From positions 1 through 64,000 of the forward strand of contig JBBRPR010000017.1 of the NCBI GenBank assembly GCA_038227875.1: DNA of 64,000 nucleotides. Reading direction: 5' to 3'. The notes beneath the pieces were generated by a model that was given only the letters and a program-made list of their open reading frames with translations, had not been told where the DNA came from and made no database searches. Positions 1 to 9,197 of this stretch are shown here, in pieces (within the stretch, counting starts at the first letter, position 1; each line of letters opens with the position of its first letter). The position numbers and the translations under genes were made by a program. The stretch comes from Planctomycetota bacterium (GTDB lineage Bacteria; Planctomycetota; SZUA-567; H5-PLA8).

Positions 1-2
1 AA

Positions 3-293
3 TTTTCAACAATCAGTGGGACGCTTCCTTGGATTTTTGCGTATGGTAATGCGACTAATGTTGGACTTCCAAATGTATGGGTAAATTCAACAGCTAATCA
101 ACCGGTTGTTACCGCGAACCAGTCACCATCATTGATGTTAACTACTGGTGCGACTTTTCAGCTTGCTGGTGTGAAACTTGAGCCGGGAGTGATTACGACA
201 CCGCTCCCAGTGGCAAATTATCAACAAGAATTAGCGAAGTGCCAGCGGTATTTCATAAGGTGGGGTAATTCGAGCGTTGAACCGCAAGGATAA
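3..293 (+). CDS. 3' end of a gene truncated by the window edge; phage tail/virion-protein-like C-terminal motif
   Basis: Manual translation of frame 3 is open to TAA 291-293: ...GATFQLAGVKLEPGVITTPLPVANYQQELAKCQRYF..., resembling the GVQLExGxxATPFExRxYxxELxxCQRY motif of phage tail proteins. The stop overlaps the next ATG (TAATG). Confidence 0.6.
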   Translation, partial: FSTISGTLPWIFAYGNATNVGLPNVWVNSTANQPVVTANQSPSLMLTTGATFQLAGVKLEPGVITTPLPVANYQQELAKCQRYFIRWGNSSVEPQG

Positions 294-844
294 TGATTCC
301 CATAAGTAATCGAGAAACTGGTGGGTCCGATAGCGTCAATGACCAACGTAAATCCGTCGGGTTGACAGAATATCAGGTAAAGGGAAAGTTCACCTTCAAA
401 AAGGAAGACTCGATTACTCTGACCGGGATCATTGAATTGCCTGCGGGACTGGCGCTGAATAAATCCTTCCAGGTCTCTATTGGCGTCGGTAACGTTGTTA
501 CGGACGGCGTGGCAGACTCACATGGTAAGGTTTCGGCCTTAACGAACCATAAGATAAAAAGATGTCAATTACAGTATCCAAAGTTGAACAAGGACACTGG
601 GTTGACGAAGACCGGGGACAAAGCCAAGTTCACCGTCTCGTTGTCGAGCGCAAGCCTCGTAAACGACGGGTTTGACACCGAGGGAATAACGCAAAGCGTT
701 CCATCCAAACAGGCGCTTCAAAGAAAGATTCAAGTGGCAATCGTACTTGCCGGCATAGCCTATTATGATCAAGCATCAGTCACGTATACTTTTACCAACG
801 ACACCGGCCAGATTTCAGGCCGCTCTTCGCGGTCCAGCCAATGA
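293..844 (+). CDS. Hypothetical protein; stand-alone copy of the beta-rich domain found at the C-terminus of the 9198-12266 protein
   Basis: KGKFTFKKEDSITLTGIIELPAGLALNKSFQVSIGVGNVV aligns by eye with KKALFNLKSGNDSATISGIIHIPAGLTLAQTPFIVTVGGNVV. Confidence 0.65.
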   Translation: MIPISNRETGGSDSVNDQRKSVGLTEYQVKGKFTFKKEDSITLTGIIELPAGLALNKSFQVSIGVGNVVTDGVADSHGKVSALTNHKIKRCQLQYPKLNKDTGLTKTGDKAKFTVSLSSASLVNDGFDTEGITQSVPSKQALQRKIQVAIVLAGIAYYDQASVTYTFTNDTGQISGRSSRSSQ

Positions 845-1392
845 AGCCAGTTACGGGTCTGTGTACCCGTGGTCTATTCCTACTGTAGTCCGGCCGCTTC
901 CGCTCGTTCGGCGGCAGGATCTTCAACGACAACCCTGCCGCACTGATCGAGGCACTTAAGAAGCCATAGTGTAAGGCAGCGGCTTCGAGGTAGCCTGTAC
1001 CGGGTAAGGGCACAGGGACCGGGTGGTTCGGCGAACTGAATCCCAAACCGTTTGGGGTTCGCGGTGCGCGCCCTTCTTTAGCTTTCACGCACCGCCATGA
1101 CTGCCAGGTAACCCATTGCGAGCCACCAACCCCGTCTCCACGGAGTTCTTATTCCACCAGATCTGGGGGAATTACGATCTGTTGTCGCGCCATAAAGAAC
1201 GGTGCGTCTGAATTCTTGTGACTTTCGTGTAGGTTCGTGATTGCCGGAGGGGGAGGTACAGCCGTCAAACTAGAACGGCCCTATGATGGTGGTATCCATC
1301 CGAGCGCAAATTTGCGCTCCTCGGCGTCCAAGTCGAAACGCCTCCTGTCCTGGGGTATCGACTCGCGTTTGAAAAATGAGTAAACTGCGACC

Positions 1393-2205
1393 ATGGACTA
1401 CACGGAATTGCTGAAACTTGCTGCGGAGCACGGTGTCGCGGCAGAGCGATTGGCGCAGTGGCGGCCCCATCTCGCACAGGCCGTTCAGCAAAAACGATCA
1501 AACACGGACCGACGTCGGCGCAATGTGACGTTTACGCCCAGTATGATCGCACTGCTAGGCCAACGCCCTGACAAGAAGCTGGTACGCAGCTTCATGATGA
1601 CGGCGTAGTAGATCGTCAAGAAGCGCAGGGAACTGGGTATTCCGTCGCAATGGGAACTTCGGATCCATCACTGGACGCCTGCCGAAATCGCGTTGCTGAG
1701 GACGATGACAGACCGCGCCCTCGCCAAAAAGCTAGGGCTATCTGTTTGTCTGGTATACGCATCCCGCAGGAAGTTTGGCATCCCGTCGTTTAAATCGAAG
1801 CCGCCAGAGACTTGGACAAAGAAAGCCCTTTCGCTGCTGGGCACGGACCGAGATTGCGAAGTGGCCAAGAAGATCGGCCTTACCAAGCAATCGATCTATT
1901 TGATGCGTAAGAAACTGGGCATCCCGTCCTTCCGACGTGGGTGGTGGACAAAGGAACGGAACGCGCTGCTGGGGAAGGAGTCCGACTCTATTCTCGGAAA
2001 GAAGTGGTGCATAAACTACAAGGCCGTGAAATACCAACGGATCAAATTAGGCATAGCACAATTTCGGCTGCGGCACCGCTGGACAGCCGCGGAGCTCAAG
2101 CTTTTGGATAGCATGTCAGATGCAGATGTGGCGCGGAAAGTCGGCGTGACGGAACTCGCGGTTCGATCTCTCAGGAGCCGACGTCGGGTTCCCATGTTCA
2201 AGTGA
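1393..2205 (+). pseudogene. HTH-like repeat protein (five WTxxxxxLLGxxxDxxxA..G....V...R..LGIP repeats) interrupted by tandem in-frame TAG TAG at 1606-1611
   Basis: ORFs 1393-1608 and 1693-2205 share a frame. The sequence after the two stops continues IVKKRRELGIPS..HWTPAEIALL in exact repeat register. Confidence 0.65.
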
Positions 2206-3305
2206 TGGCAATTATTCGACGTGTTACCAGGTATCTGGTTCTGTTCGCCGCATTGACGTGCGTCTTCGCTTTGTCGGCGAGAGAAGAGGCTGAATCGTAT
2301 CAATTGTGGAACGGAGAGAAGATCGATGAATACGCCAAGGCTCACAATCTGCCTGAAAAGCTAACAGTTAGTCTCGGTAACGGTATGCAGATGGAACTTC
2401 GCCTGGTCCCGTCAGCGCGATATATAATGGGAACGCGCCTTCCCGAACCGCCATACGATACGGTGTTGCAAGAAAAATGGCTTACAGCCGTGGGCGTCCT
2501 CTTTCTGATGCTATTCGCCGTCCCCGTTTTAGTGACGGCGATCGGCAAGCGGAGGCGGCCTCAGATTTCGCTGGCCCGGTTTCTTGCCGCGACGATCGCG
2601 TGCTCGGTCATTCTGTTGGGCGTTGTTCGCTGGCGGGCGGCGAATGAACAGTTGGCTCGCTACCAGGTGGAACTGAACCGATTCAATGCCGCCACCGTAG
2701 ACGAACGGCCGGCCCACGAGGTAACGTTGGCCCATCCGTTTTATCTTGGAACCTATTTAGTGACGCAGGAGCAATATGCCGCGGTGACGGGTAAGAGTCC
2801 CAGCAAGTTCAACGGCAAGAGGCTGCCTGTAGAAAGTATCACATTCCACGACGCTTGCGATTTCTGCAAACAACTAAGCATAGCGACCGGAAAGAATGTG
2901 CGGTTGCCCACGGAGGTAGAGTGGGAATTTGCATGCCGCGCCGGCAGTGATTCCGCGTACTACTCCGGCGAATCGGAATCCGACTTGGGAAGAGTGGGGT
3001 GGTACAGGGACAACAGCGGTGGAAAGTCACACGACGTCGGCCTGTTGGAGCCGAATGCTTTTGGGCTCTACGACATGCACGGCAATGTGCTGGAGTGGTG
3101 CGAGGATCGGTATTTACCCTACCGGACAGACGGGGTTCTCGATGAGCCGGTGGATTCGAATGGAATGGCGCAATGGCGTGTGATGCGTGGCGGGTGCTGG
3201 TACACATCGGCGATAACGTGCAGATCCCGCAATCGTTGCGCGATGGAAGACAAGATGGCTCTAGAATATACAGGAATGAGAATTGTGATCGAGCCGGACA
3301 AGTAG
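2202..3305 (+). CDS. FGE/SUMF1-like (C-type lectin fold) domain protein with signal peptide and inserted transmembrane hairpin
   Basis: Motifs ERPAHEVTL, RLPTEVEWEFACRAG, PNAFGLYDMHGNVLEWC, RVMRGGCW. It lacks the catalytic two-Cys pattern of true FGE. Confidence 0.9.
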   Translation: MMAIIRRVTRYLVLFAALTCVFALSAREEAESYQLWNGEKIDEYAKAHNLPEKLTVSLGNGMQMELRLVPSARYIMGTRLPEPPYDTVLQEKWLTAVGVLFLMLFAVPVLVTAIGKRRRPQISLARFLAATIACSVILLGVVRWRAANEQLARYQVELNRFNAATVDERPAHEVTLAHPFYLGTYLVTQEQYAAVTGKSPSKFNGKRLPVESITFHDACDFCKQLSIATGKNVRLPTEVEWEFACRAGSDSAYYSGESESDLGRVGWYRDNSGGKSHDVGLLEPNAFGLYDMHGNVLEWCEDRYLPYRTDGVLDEPVDSNGMAQWRVMRGGCWYTSAITCRSRNRCAMEDKMALEYTGMRIVIEPDK

Positions 3306-3579
3306 AAGCGAGAACTGCCCCGTACGCACGTTATGGTAGTGAAAATAATCGTCGCGTCGCAAGAATTACCGTAGACATTTACACGTCACCCGCTAGAAAT
3401 TAATTTTCGTAAACAATTGAGTAGTTATTGGTTGTTATACTAGGCGTCGGCTCAGCCACGGGTTGAAATTACCGGCCACGATCTGAACCATTTCCCAGCT
3501 TTGTATAACCATCTCTATATTGGCAACTCGGCAGTGTGCCTCTGCCTTGGGCCTTATCGTGTCATCTGGAGGAAGGTCA

Positions 3580-6500
3580 ATGCGCTGGATCAGCTGTGTT
3601 CTGCTCGGACTCTCACTCTTCGTTGGAATTGCAGCGCCAAGAGCTTTTGCGGAAGGTTGGGTCGAGCCTGACACAAGTGTGGATGTTGAGAGTGTATGGG
3701 CGTCCCCATCACTAGGGTACGACGGCAATACTAGCACCTATGCCAGCGACACCTCCAACCGTGCTGGTTACGGCGGGTATCTCGAACTCGATTTCAACAA
3801 CGCTATAACCTGTGGGCGATTAAGGATAAATGCTGATTTTGGATATAATATTGTCGATTCAGTACAAATTGATGTGTTTAAAGATGGGAGCTGGTCTAAT
3901 GTTTTGGATGGTTCAATTTCAGATGCAGCCTATTCTGAAATCACGTTCACTCCCGGACAAGTAACCAAGGCGCGGTTTCGCTACCACTATTTATCCGCGG
4001 GGTATTATTTCTGGTTATACAATATATCATTTTATGCTTCGCCTGAATTCATCATTGATCCCTCGGTACTTACCAAGAATCCGACCGATGTAGAGCAGAC
4101 CACCGTTGGCCTGCATGGCAAGATTGTTGACGATGGCGGCGCACCCTGCGAAACGCGGTTTCAATATGGAATTGATACTAATTACGGAACCAATACGGCC
4201 TGGACGAGCAGCTTCATCACGGATCAGACATTTGGTAAGATCGTCACCGGACTAACGAACGGGCAGACCTACCATTATCGAGTACAAGCCCGAAACAGCA
4301 CCGGCAATATCGTGAATGGCGCCGATGTTTCGTTTACGGCGGCGCCTCCGCAGATCGACAGTTGGGTTTCCCCGACTGGGTTCAGCGATCCCGATGATGT
4401 TTGGAGCGATGCTGAGAATGCGTTTGACGACGAGGACGCTTCGTATGCGCGTTCCTACCATAACATCTATGCCAATAACTGGGGCAGCTATCTTTATCTA
4501 ACGCATTCCGCGCTGAATTCTGATTGGATTCGGTTTAAAGCTCGTCAAGCCGGCAGTATTGACGCCGCAGAAGTCAGCGTGCTTTCAGGAGCGACCTGGA
4601 CCGTCGTGTATCAAGGCAGCTTCACCGATGCGGAATGGATGGAAGTGAATTTTCCGCAAGTCCAGGTAAGCCAGGCTCGCATTCGCTTCCACGTGGCCAA
4701 TAGCAACGAAGGGCTGTACTGGCAGCTCTACGAATTTGACTTTCACACAGCAGGATTACCGCGCGCGGCCGGATGGGTGCCGCCGACCTCGAATCAGAAT
4801 CCGGAAGGCCAGTGGGTCAATATCCCCAGCGCTTACGACGGCAACTTGGGTACGTATGCGTCAGATCAGTCCAACCGCGCGGGGTACGGCGCTTACGTTT
4901 ACTTCGGTTTGGATAATCCCATCCACTGCGGGCGGGTGCGCGTCGCAGCTGATTTTGGATATGGCGTGGTCGACTCCGTGCAGATTGATGTGCGGCGGGG
5001 TGGTGTGTGGACCTCAGTGCTCGACGGAACAATCAATGACGCGCAATACACGGAAGTAGCGTTTTCACCTGGAGACGTGGACGAGGCTCGATTCCGCTTC
5101 CACTACACCCAAGCAGGCTATTTTTTCTGGTGCTACGAATTCGCATTCTACGAATCGCCCGAAATCATCGTTCCTCCGATGCTCAGTACGTTGAACGCCT
5201 CGTCCGTGAGCGCTACCTCTGCAATTCTTCACGGCAAGATCTTGGACGATGGCGGCGCGCCGGTTCAATACCGGTTCGAATACGGAACCGACACGACCTA
5301 CGGCACCGATACTGCATGGACGGGCAGCTTGCAGAGCGGACGGATCTTCGGTCGCGCAGTATCCGGGTTGACCAATGGGCTCACGTATCACTTCCGCGTC
5401 CAGGCGCAGAATAGCGAAGGCACGATTGTCAACGGCAATGATCTGACGTTTACCACGGCGCCCGCTTCGCCCAACGCCTGGCTCCCGCCAACAGGTTTTG
5501 TAAACCCGACTGGATGGCAGGATATACCCAATGCCTTCGACGACGAACTAGACACTTTCGCCCGTGAAAACCATGCGCTCTACACAGATCAGTGGAGTGA
5601 CTACATTTATTACACAACGGATTCACTGAGTGTCGCCGGAATCCGCTTTATGGCGAAAGCAGATTCCTACATCGACCAAGCTGAAGTCGGACTTTCCAGC
5701 GACGGCACAAATTGGACGACGGTTTTCAGTGGATCGTTTAATGATCAGCAGTGGCAGACTATTGGATTTGGCGCAGTCACGGCCAGTCAGTTCAGAATAC
5801 GTTTTCACGTAAACACAACTGCTGTAGGCGAATACTGGCAAATTTATGAATTTAATTACACGGGCAATGCAGTGCTTGCTGGATCAAACATTCAGTCCAT
5901 CGTCGTGACTCCCTATCCGGTCGTGCAGCCCGCTTCTCCGATCATCGTCAATCCGTCTGGAATCCAACAATTTACCGCAGCGGCTTTCGATGGACTTGGC
6001 AATGCGATTGCGCCCCCTCCTACTTTCGACTGGACCGTAAGCGGTGGCGGAACCATCGATGTCACCGGACGATTTACTGCTGCCCCAATATCGAGTGCGG
6101 GACCATACGTTGTATCCGCAAGTTCAGGTGGCGTCTCTGGAACCGCCGTGATCAGTCGAATCAACGCGCCGCCCGTAATAACTGTAAATCCCACTGGGCA
6201 GTGGGACTCGCTGGATGGTGTTAATTTGGGTGTAACAGCTTCTGACGACGGTGGGGATTCGAATCTAATCTATGTTTGGAGCGTGGTCGGGTCGTCGCCC
6301 GGTGGCGCGAACTTTACCTCAAACAATTCAAATCAAGCCAAGAATTCCAAAGCATTACTGACTCAGGCGGGAACCTACCAATTCAGAATCACAATTTCTG
6401 ACGCGCAAGGCTTAAGTACCTTTGCGGATGTTACGGTGGATGTGCCTCAACGCGTTACCGGTGCAATCGCTTCGCCTTCAACGGTGATTCTGAATCCCAA

Positions 6501-8790
6501 TCAAATGCAGACCTTCATCGCGCTTCCGGCAGATCAATTCGGCAATCCGATTCCTGGCGATCCGCTAACAAGTGTTTTCTGGAGCGTGAGCGGGGGAGGA
6601 CAAATTGATTCGAATACGGGTGTCTTTACCGCTTCAGCAACGGCTCCTGTACCTAATGGTCCCTTTACGATCACAGGTTTAGTGGGTGAATTGCTTGCGA
6701 CGGCCACTATTATTCGAATCAACAAGTCGCCTACGGTTTCTAATATAAGTCCGGCAAATGGTGCATTTGTGAGTACCACACAGCCAGTCGTGTCTGCCAG
6801 CTATTTCGACCAGAATGGGATACTGACTGGATCCGTCCATTTGAAAATCGACAATGCCGTTGTCGGAGCAACCGTATCTACTACTGGCGTGACCTACTCC
6901 CCGACTTTGGATTTGGCCGAGGGAACGCACACGGTGGATTTGCACGTAGCTAGCCTCGACGGATTAACTACGGATAGGAACTGGTCGTTTGTAATAGACT
7001 CTATTGCGCCCACGGTGAGCGCTTTCGTCCCAGCGAACGGGAGTTTTGTTGGTACGTCGCAACCGATGATTACCGCGTCGATCTCCGATTTGCCGGGATC
7101 GGGCGTCGATGTTCAGGGCATTCGGGCTACGTTGGACGGACAGGATATTACCCAACAAAGCGTCATTACTGCACAGAGCTTCGCCTACCCGACACTTCCA
7201 CTGGGCGACGGCAATCACGTCGTAACGTTGAGCGTTCCGGATCTGGCTGGAAATATCGGTTACGGGACCACAGCGTTTACAATTCAGACCCAAGTTCCGC
7301 CAGCACCCGCAATTGAATTCACGCAGCAGACCGCGGGGCAGGTAGTTGTTTCGGGGCATGTTCCGCCGGGATTTAACATCAACGGCCTAGTTGCGATAGT
7401 GACTTCGTCCTCCCCCGGAACCGTTGCGGATGTGCAACCGCAAACAACGGTGCAGGGCGATCAATTTCAGGCCACTTTCGACCCTCTGAACGGCGCAACG
7501 AATTTCAATGCTTCACTTGCATTCAGCTACGCATCCAATCTAACGGGCCCTTCGACTCCAACGGGTAAATTGAATTTCACAGCCAGTCCGCCTGGCGATC
7601 CGACTAACCTGTTGCCGACAGTTCCGATTGTCTCCGTCACAATTAGTTCAGAAAGTCTAACTGGAGACAAGACTGGCACGAACAATGGCGAGCAGGTCTC
7701 CTTTACAAAGAACACTTCTGTCGACGTCAAGGTTAGCGCTAATGCGTCCATCGGGACGATTAGCACAATTATCGTTTACGGTGGCACGAACGCAGTCGTC
7801 CAACCGTGGAGTTCGACCGGTCCGATGACAGTGACACTTCCCTTTCCTGTGGAGGGCCGGTTTGAAATTACGGCCGTAGCCATTGCAGGCAATGCCGGAC
7901 AAACGACGGAGGGCGTTTCTAAGCCCGCCGTGCTCGTTGTCGACCGTACACCCCCGGCAGTAACATTTTCGAATCCGACTGCGTTGGTGACGGCGCCATA
8001 TGGCTATTTGATCTTGAACGGCCGTTCGGAGGGGGCGAATCAGGCGATTCGCGGTGATGCTGTGCTGCCGCGCAATGTCTACAGCCGAGACGGCATGGAA
8101 TTAAAGGGTGACGCCAGCGATACGCTTTCCGATGTCAGCGTCATGAACGCCGATATATACCAGACTGACGCAGCCCCCGGAGACGACGCTACCGGCTTTG
8201 ACTACAACGTTGCAGAGGCGGCAAACGTTCCGGGCCTCATCAATCAGGGCGCGCTACGCGACGGTATCGAAGTAGCCATCACGCAGGCGGCAACCGCAGC
8301 ACAACCACATCATGTCACGTTTGACAAGATTGGCGCAACAGCCGATTTGGCGGATTCGGTAGTGTATGACACTCAGACAGGCCAAATAACCAGCAACAAA
8401 GTCTATTTGCTCACGGTTACGGCGACAGATAAAGCTGGAAATCAAGGTGTGCAGAACATCTGGACTAAGGTTCTAACCCAAGTGCCCAAAGGCAAGGTCA
8501 CGGCAATTGGTAATCATTGGAATGATGATAACACTCCAACTCCGCCGTCAGTAGGTGGAAACGGAACCATGGACGCTTGGGCCTGTCGCTCATCGCCGGC
8601 ATTGTACTCGCCTAAACGTCCCTCTGGCCATTTTTTCCGGCCATCGCCTACATCCGCCGCGTCTGAGCCAGCACCATTCTATCCGCTTTGGGACGGCGTG
8701 GAGTCCGTGGGCGACTACGCCAAGAAAGTGAATCTCCCGCCGACGAAAACGCTCGATCTCGGCAACGGCGTGAAACTTGACTGGTGTTGA
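3580..8790 (+). CDS. Large secreted multi-domain protein (duplicated discoidin-like/FN3-like modules plus several Ig-like domains); C-terminus runs into an FGE-like remnant
   Basis: SD GGAGG before ATG 3580; signal peptide MRWISCVLLGLSLFVGIAAPRAFA; FN3-like LHGKIxDDGGAP..RFxYG..YH(Y/F)RVQAxN twice; Ig-like D-AGN strands. Confidence 0.8.
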   Translation: MRWISCVLLGLSLFVGIAAPRAFAEGWVEPDTSVDVESVWASPSLGYDGNTSTYASDTSNRAGYGGYLELDFNNAITCGRLRINADFGYNIVDSVQIDVFKDGSWSNVLDGSISDAAYSEITFTPGQVTKARFRYHYLSAGYYFWLYNISFYASPEFIIDPSVLTKNPTDVEQTTVGLHGKIVDDGGAPCETRFQYGIDTNYGTNTAWTSSFITDQTFGKIVTGLTNGQTYHYRVQARNSTGNIVNGADVSFTAAPPQIDSWVSPTGFSDPDDVWSDAENAFDDEDASYARSYHNIYANNWGSYLYLTHSALNSDWIRFKARQAGSIDAAEVSVLSGATWTVVYQGSFTDAEWMEVNFPQVQVSQARIRFHVANSNEGLYWQLYEFDFHTAGLPRAAGWVPPTSNQNPEGQWVNIPSAYDGNLGTYASDQSNRAGYGAYVYFGLDNPIHCGRVRVAADFGYGVVDSVQIDVRRGGVWTSVLDGTINDAQYTEVAFSPGDVDEARFRFHYTQAGYFFWCYEFAFYESPEIIVPPMLSTLNASSVSATSAILHGKILDDGGAPVQYRFEYGTDTTYGTDTAWTGSLQSGRIFGRAVSGLTNGLTYHFRVQAQNSEGTIVNGNDLTFTTAPASPNAWLPPTGFVNPTGWQDIPNAFDDELDTFARENHALYTDQWSDYIYYTTDSLSVAGIRFMAKADSYIDQAEVGLSSDGTNWTTVFSGSFNDQQWQTIGFGAVTASQFRIRFHVNTTAVGEYWQIYEFNYTGNAVLAGSNIQSIVVTPYPVVQPASPIIVNPSGIQQFTAAAFDGLGNAIAPPPTFDWTVSGGGTIDVTGRFTAAPISSAGPYVVSASSGGVSGTAVISRINAPPVITVNPTGQWDSLDGVNLGVTASDDGGDSNLIYVWSVVGSSPGGANFTSNNSNQAKNSKALLTQAGTYQFRITISDAQGLSTFADVTVDVPQRVTGAIASPSTVILNPNQMQTFIALPADQFGNPIPGDPLTSVFWSVSGGGQIDSNTGVFTASATAPVPNGPFTITGLVGELLATATIIRINKSPTVSNISPANGAFVSTTQPVVSASYFDQNGILTGSVHLKIDNAVVGATVSTTGVTYSPTLDLAEGTHTVDLHVASLDGLTTDRNWSFVIDSIAPTVSAFVPANGSFVGTSQPMITASISDLPGSGVDVQGIRATLDGQDITQQSVITAQSFAYPTLPLGDGNHVVTLSVPDLAGNIGYGTTAFTIQTQVPPAPAIEFTQQTAGQVVVSGHVPPGFNINGLVAIVTSSSPGTVADVQPQTTVQGDQFQATFDPLNGATNFNASLAFSYASNLTGPSTPTGKLNFTASPPGDPTNLLPTVPIVSVTISSESLTGDKTGTNNGEQVSFTKNTSVDVKVSANASIGTISTIIVYGGTNAVVQPWSSTGPMTVTLPFPVEGRFEITAVAIAGNAGQTTEGVSKPAVLVVDRTPPAVTFSNPTALVTAPYGYLILNGRSEGANQAIRGDAVLPRNVYSRDGMELKGDASDTLSDVSVMNADIYQTDAAPGDDATGFDYNVAEAANVPGLINQGALRDGIEVAITQAATAAQPHHVTFDKIGATADLADSVVYDTQTGQITSNKVYLLTVTATDKAGNQGVQNIWTKVLTQVPKGKVTAIGNHWNDDNTPTPPSVGGNGTMDAWACRSSPALYSPKRPSGHFFRPSPTSAASEPAPFYPLWDGVESVGDYAKKVNLPPTKTLDLGNGVKLDWC
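3658..5862 (+). repeat. Internal tandem duplication (two units of ~370 aa) within the large secreted protein
   Basis: TYASDTSNRAGYG / TYASDQSNRAGYG, DSVQIDV twice, HGKIVDDGGAP / HGKILDDGGAP, AFDDED / AFDDEL. Confidence 0.8.
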
Positions 8791-8840
8791 TTCCGGCTGG
8801 GAAGTTTGTCATGGGGACGCCGGAATGCGAAAGGCCTTTA
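8662..8840 (+). pseudogene. Frameshifted, truncated N-terminal fragment of an FGE-like paralog
   Basis: YPLWDGVESVGDYAKKVNLPPTKTLDLGNGVKL, then the -1 frame gives LVLIPAGKFVMGTPE, matching YQLWNGEKIDEYAKAHNLPEKLTVSLGNGMQMELRLVPSARYIMGT of 2202-3305. Confidence 0.75.
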
Positions 8841-9197
8841 GTCACGGGAAGTCTTACATTACACACTGCGCTTGATAACCGCGTCGCCCCCAGATGGACT
8901 ACGCCTGAATCGCACAATCAACATCGAATGTGTGCCCGCAAGCCGCATCGAACGATATCCGTCAGCCTTCAACTGCCGCAATGAGCGGGTTCGTCCAGCT
9001 TCTTACACATTTCTGGATTCTTGGACATAATCACACAGCTTTATCGAAATTGTCGATGTGTTTCCGAAGGAAACTATTGGCCTCAAGATTGCCTACATAC
9101 GAGCAATTGCTTGTTGTGCCGGCAAACAGCGGCATCCCGGTTCATTTGCGCCAATAGCGCGGCGTGCCGCGCTTTTTATCTCTCAGGGGTGGTATAT

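Noticed and set aside
845..1390. Structured RNA or gene in the gap (hairpin near 1031-1062; short coding-like stretch ending 969)
   Set aside because: No recognisable RNA family; probably decayed gene fragments.
2202..3305. FGE/CLec protein as a diversity-generating retroelement target
   Set aside because: No reverse transcriptase and no adenine-variant template repeat of its 3' end seen in the window.
2202..3305. True formylglycine-generating enzyme for the sulfatase at 46402-47730
   Set aside because: Lacks the catalytic two-Cys motif arrangement, is membrane-anchored, and is unlinked to the sulfatase.
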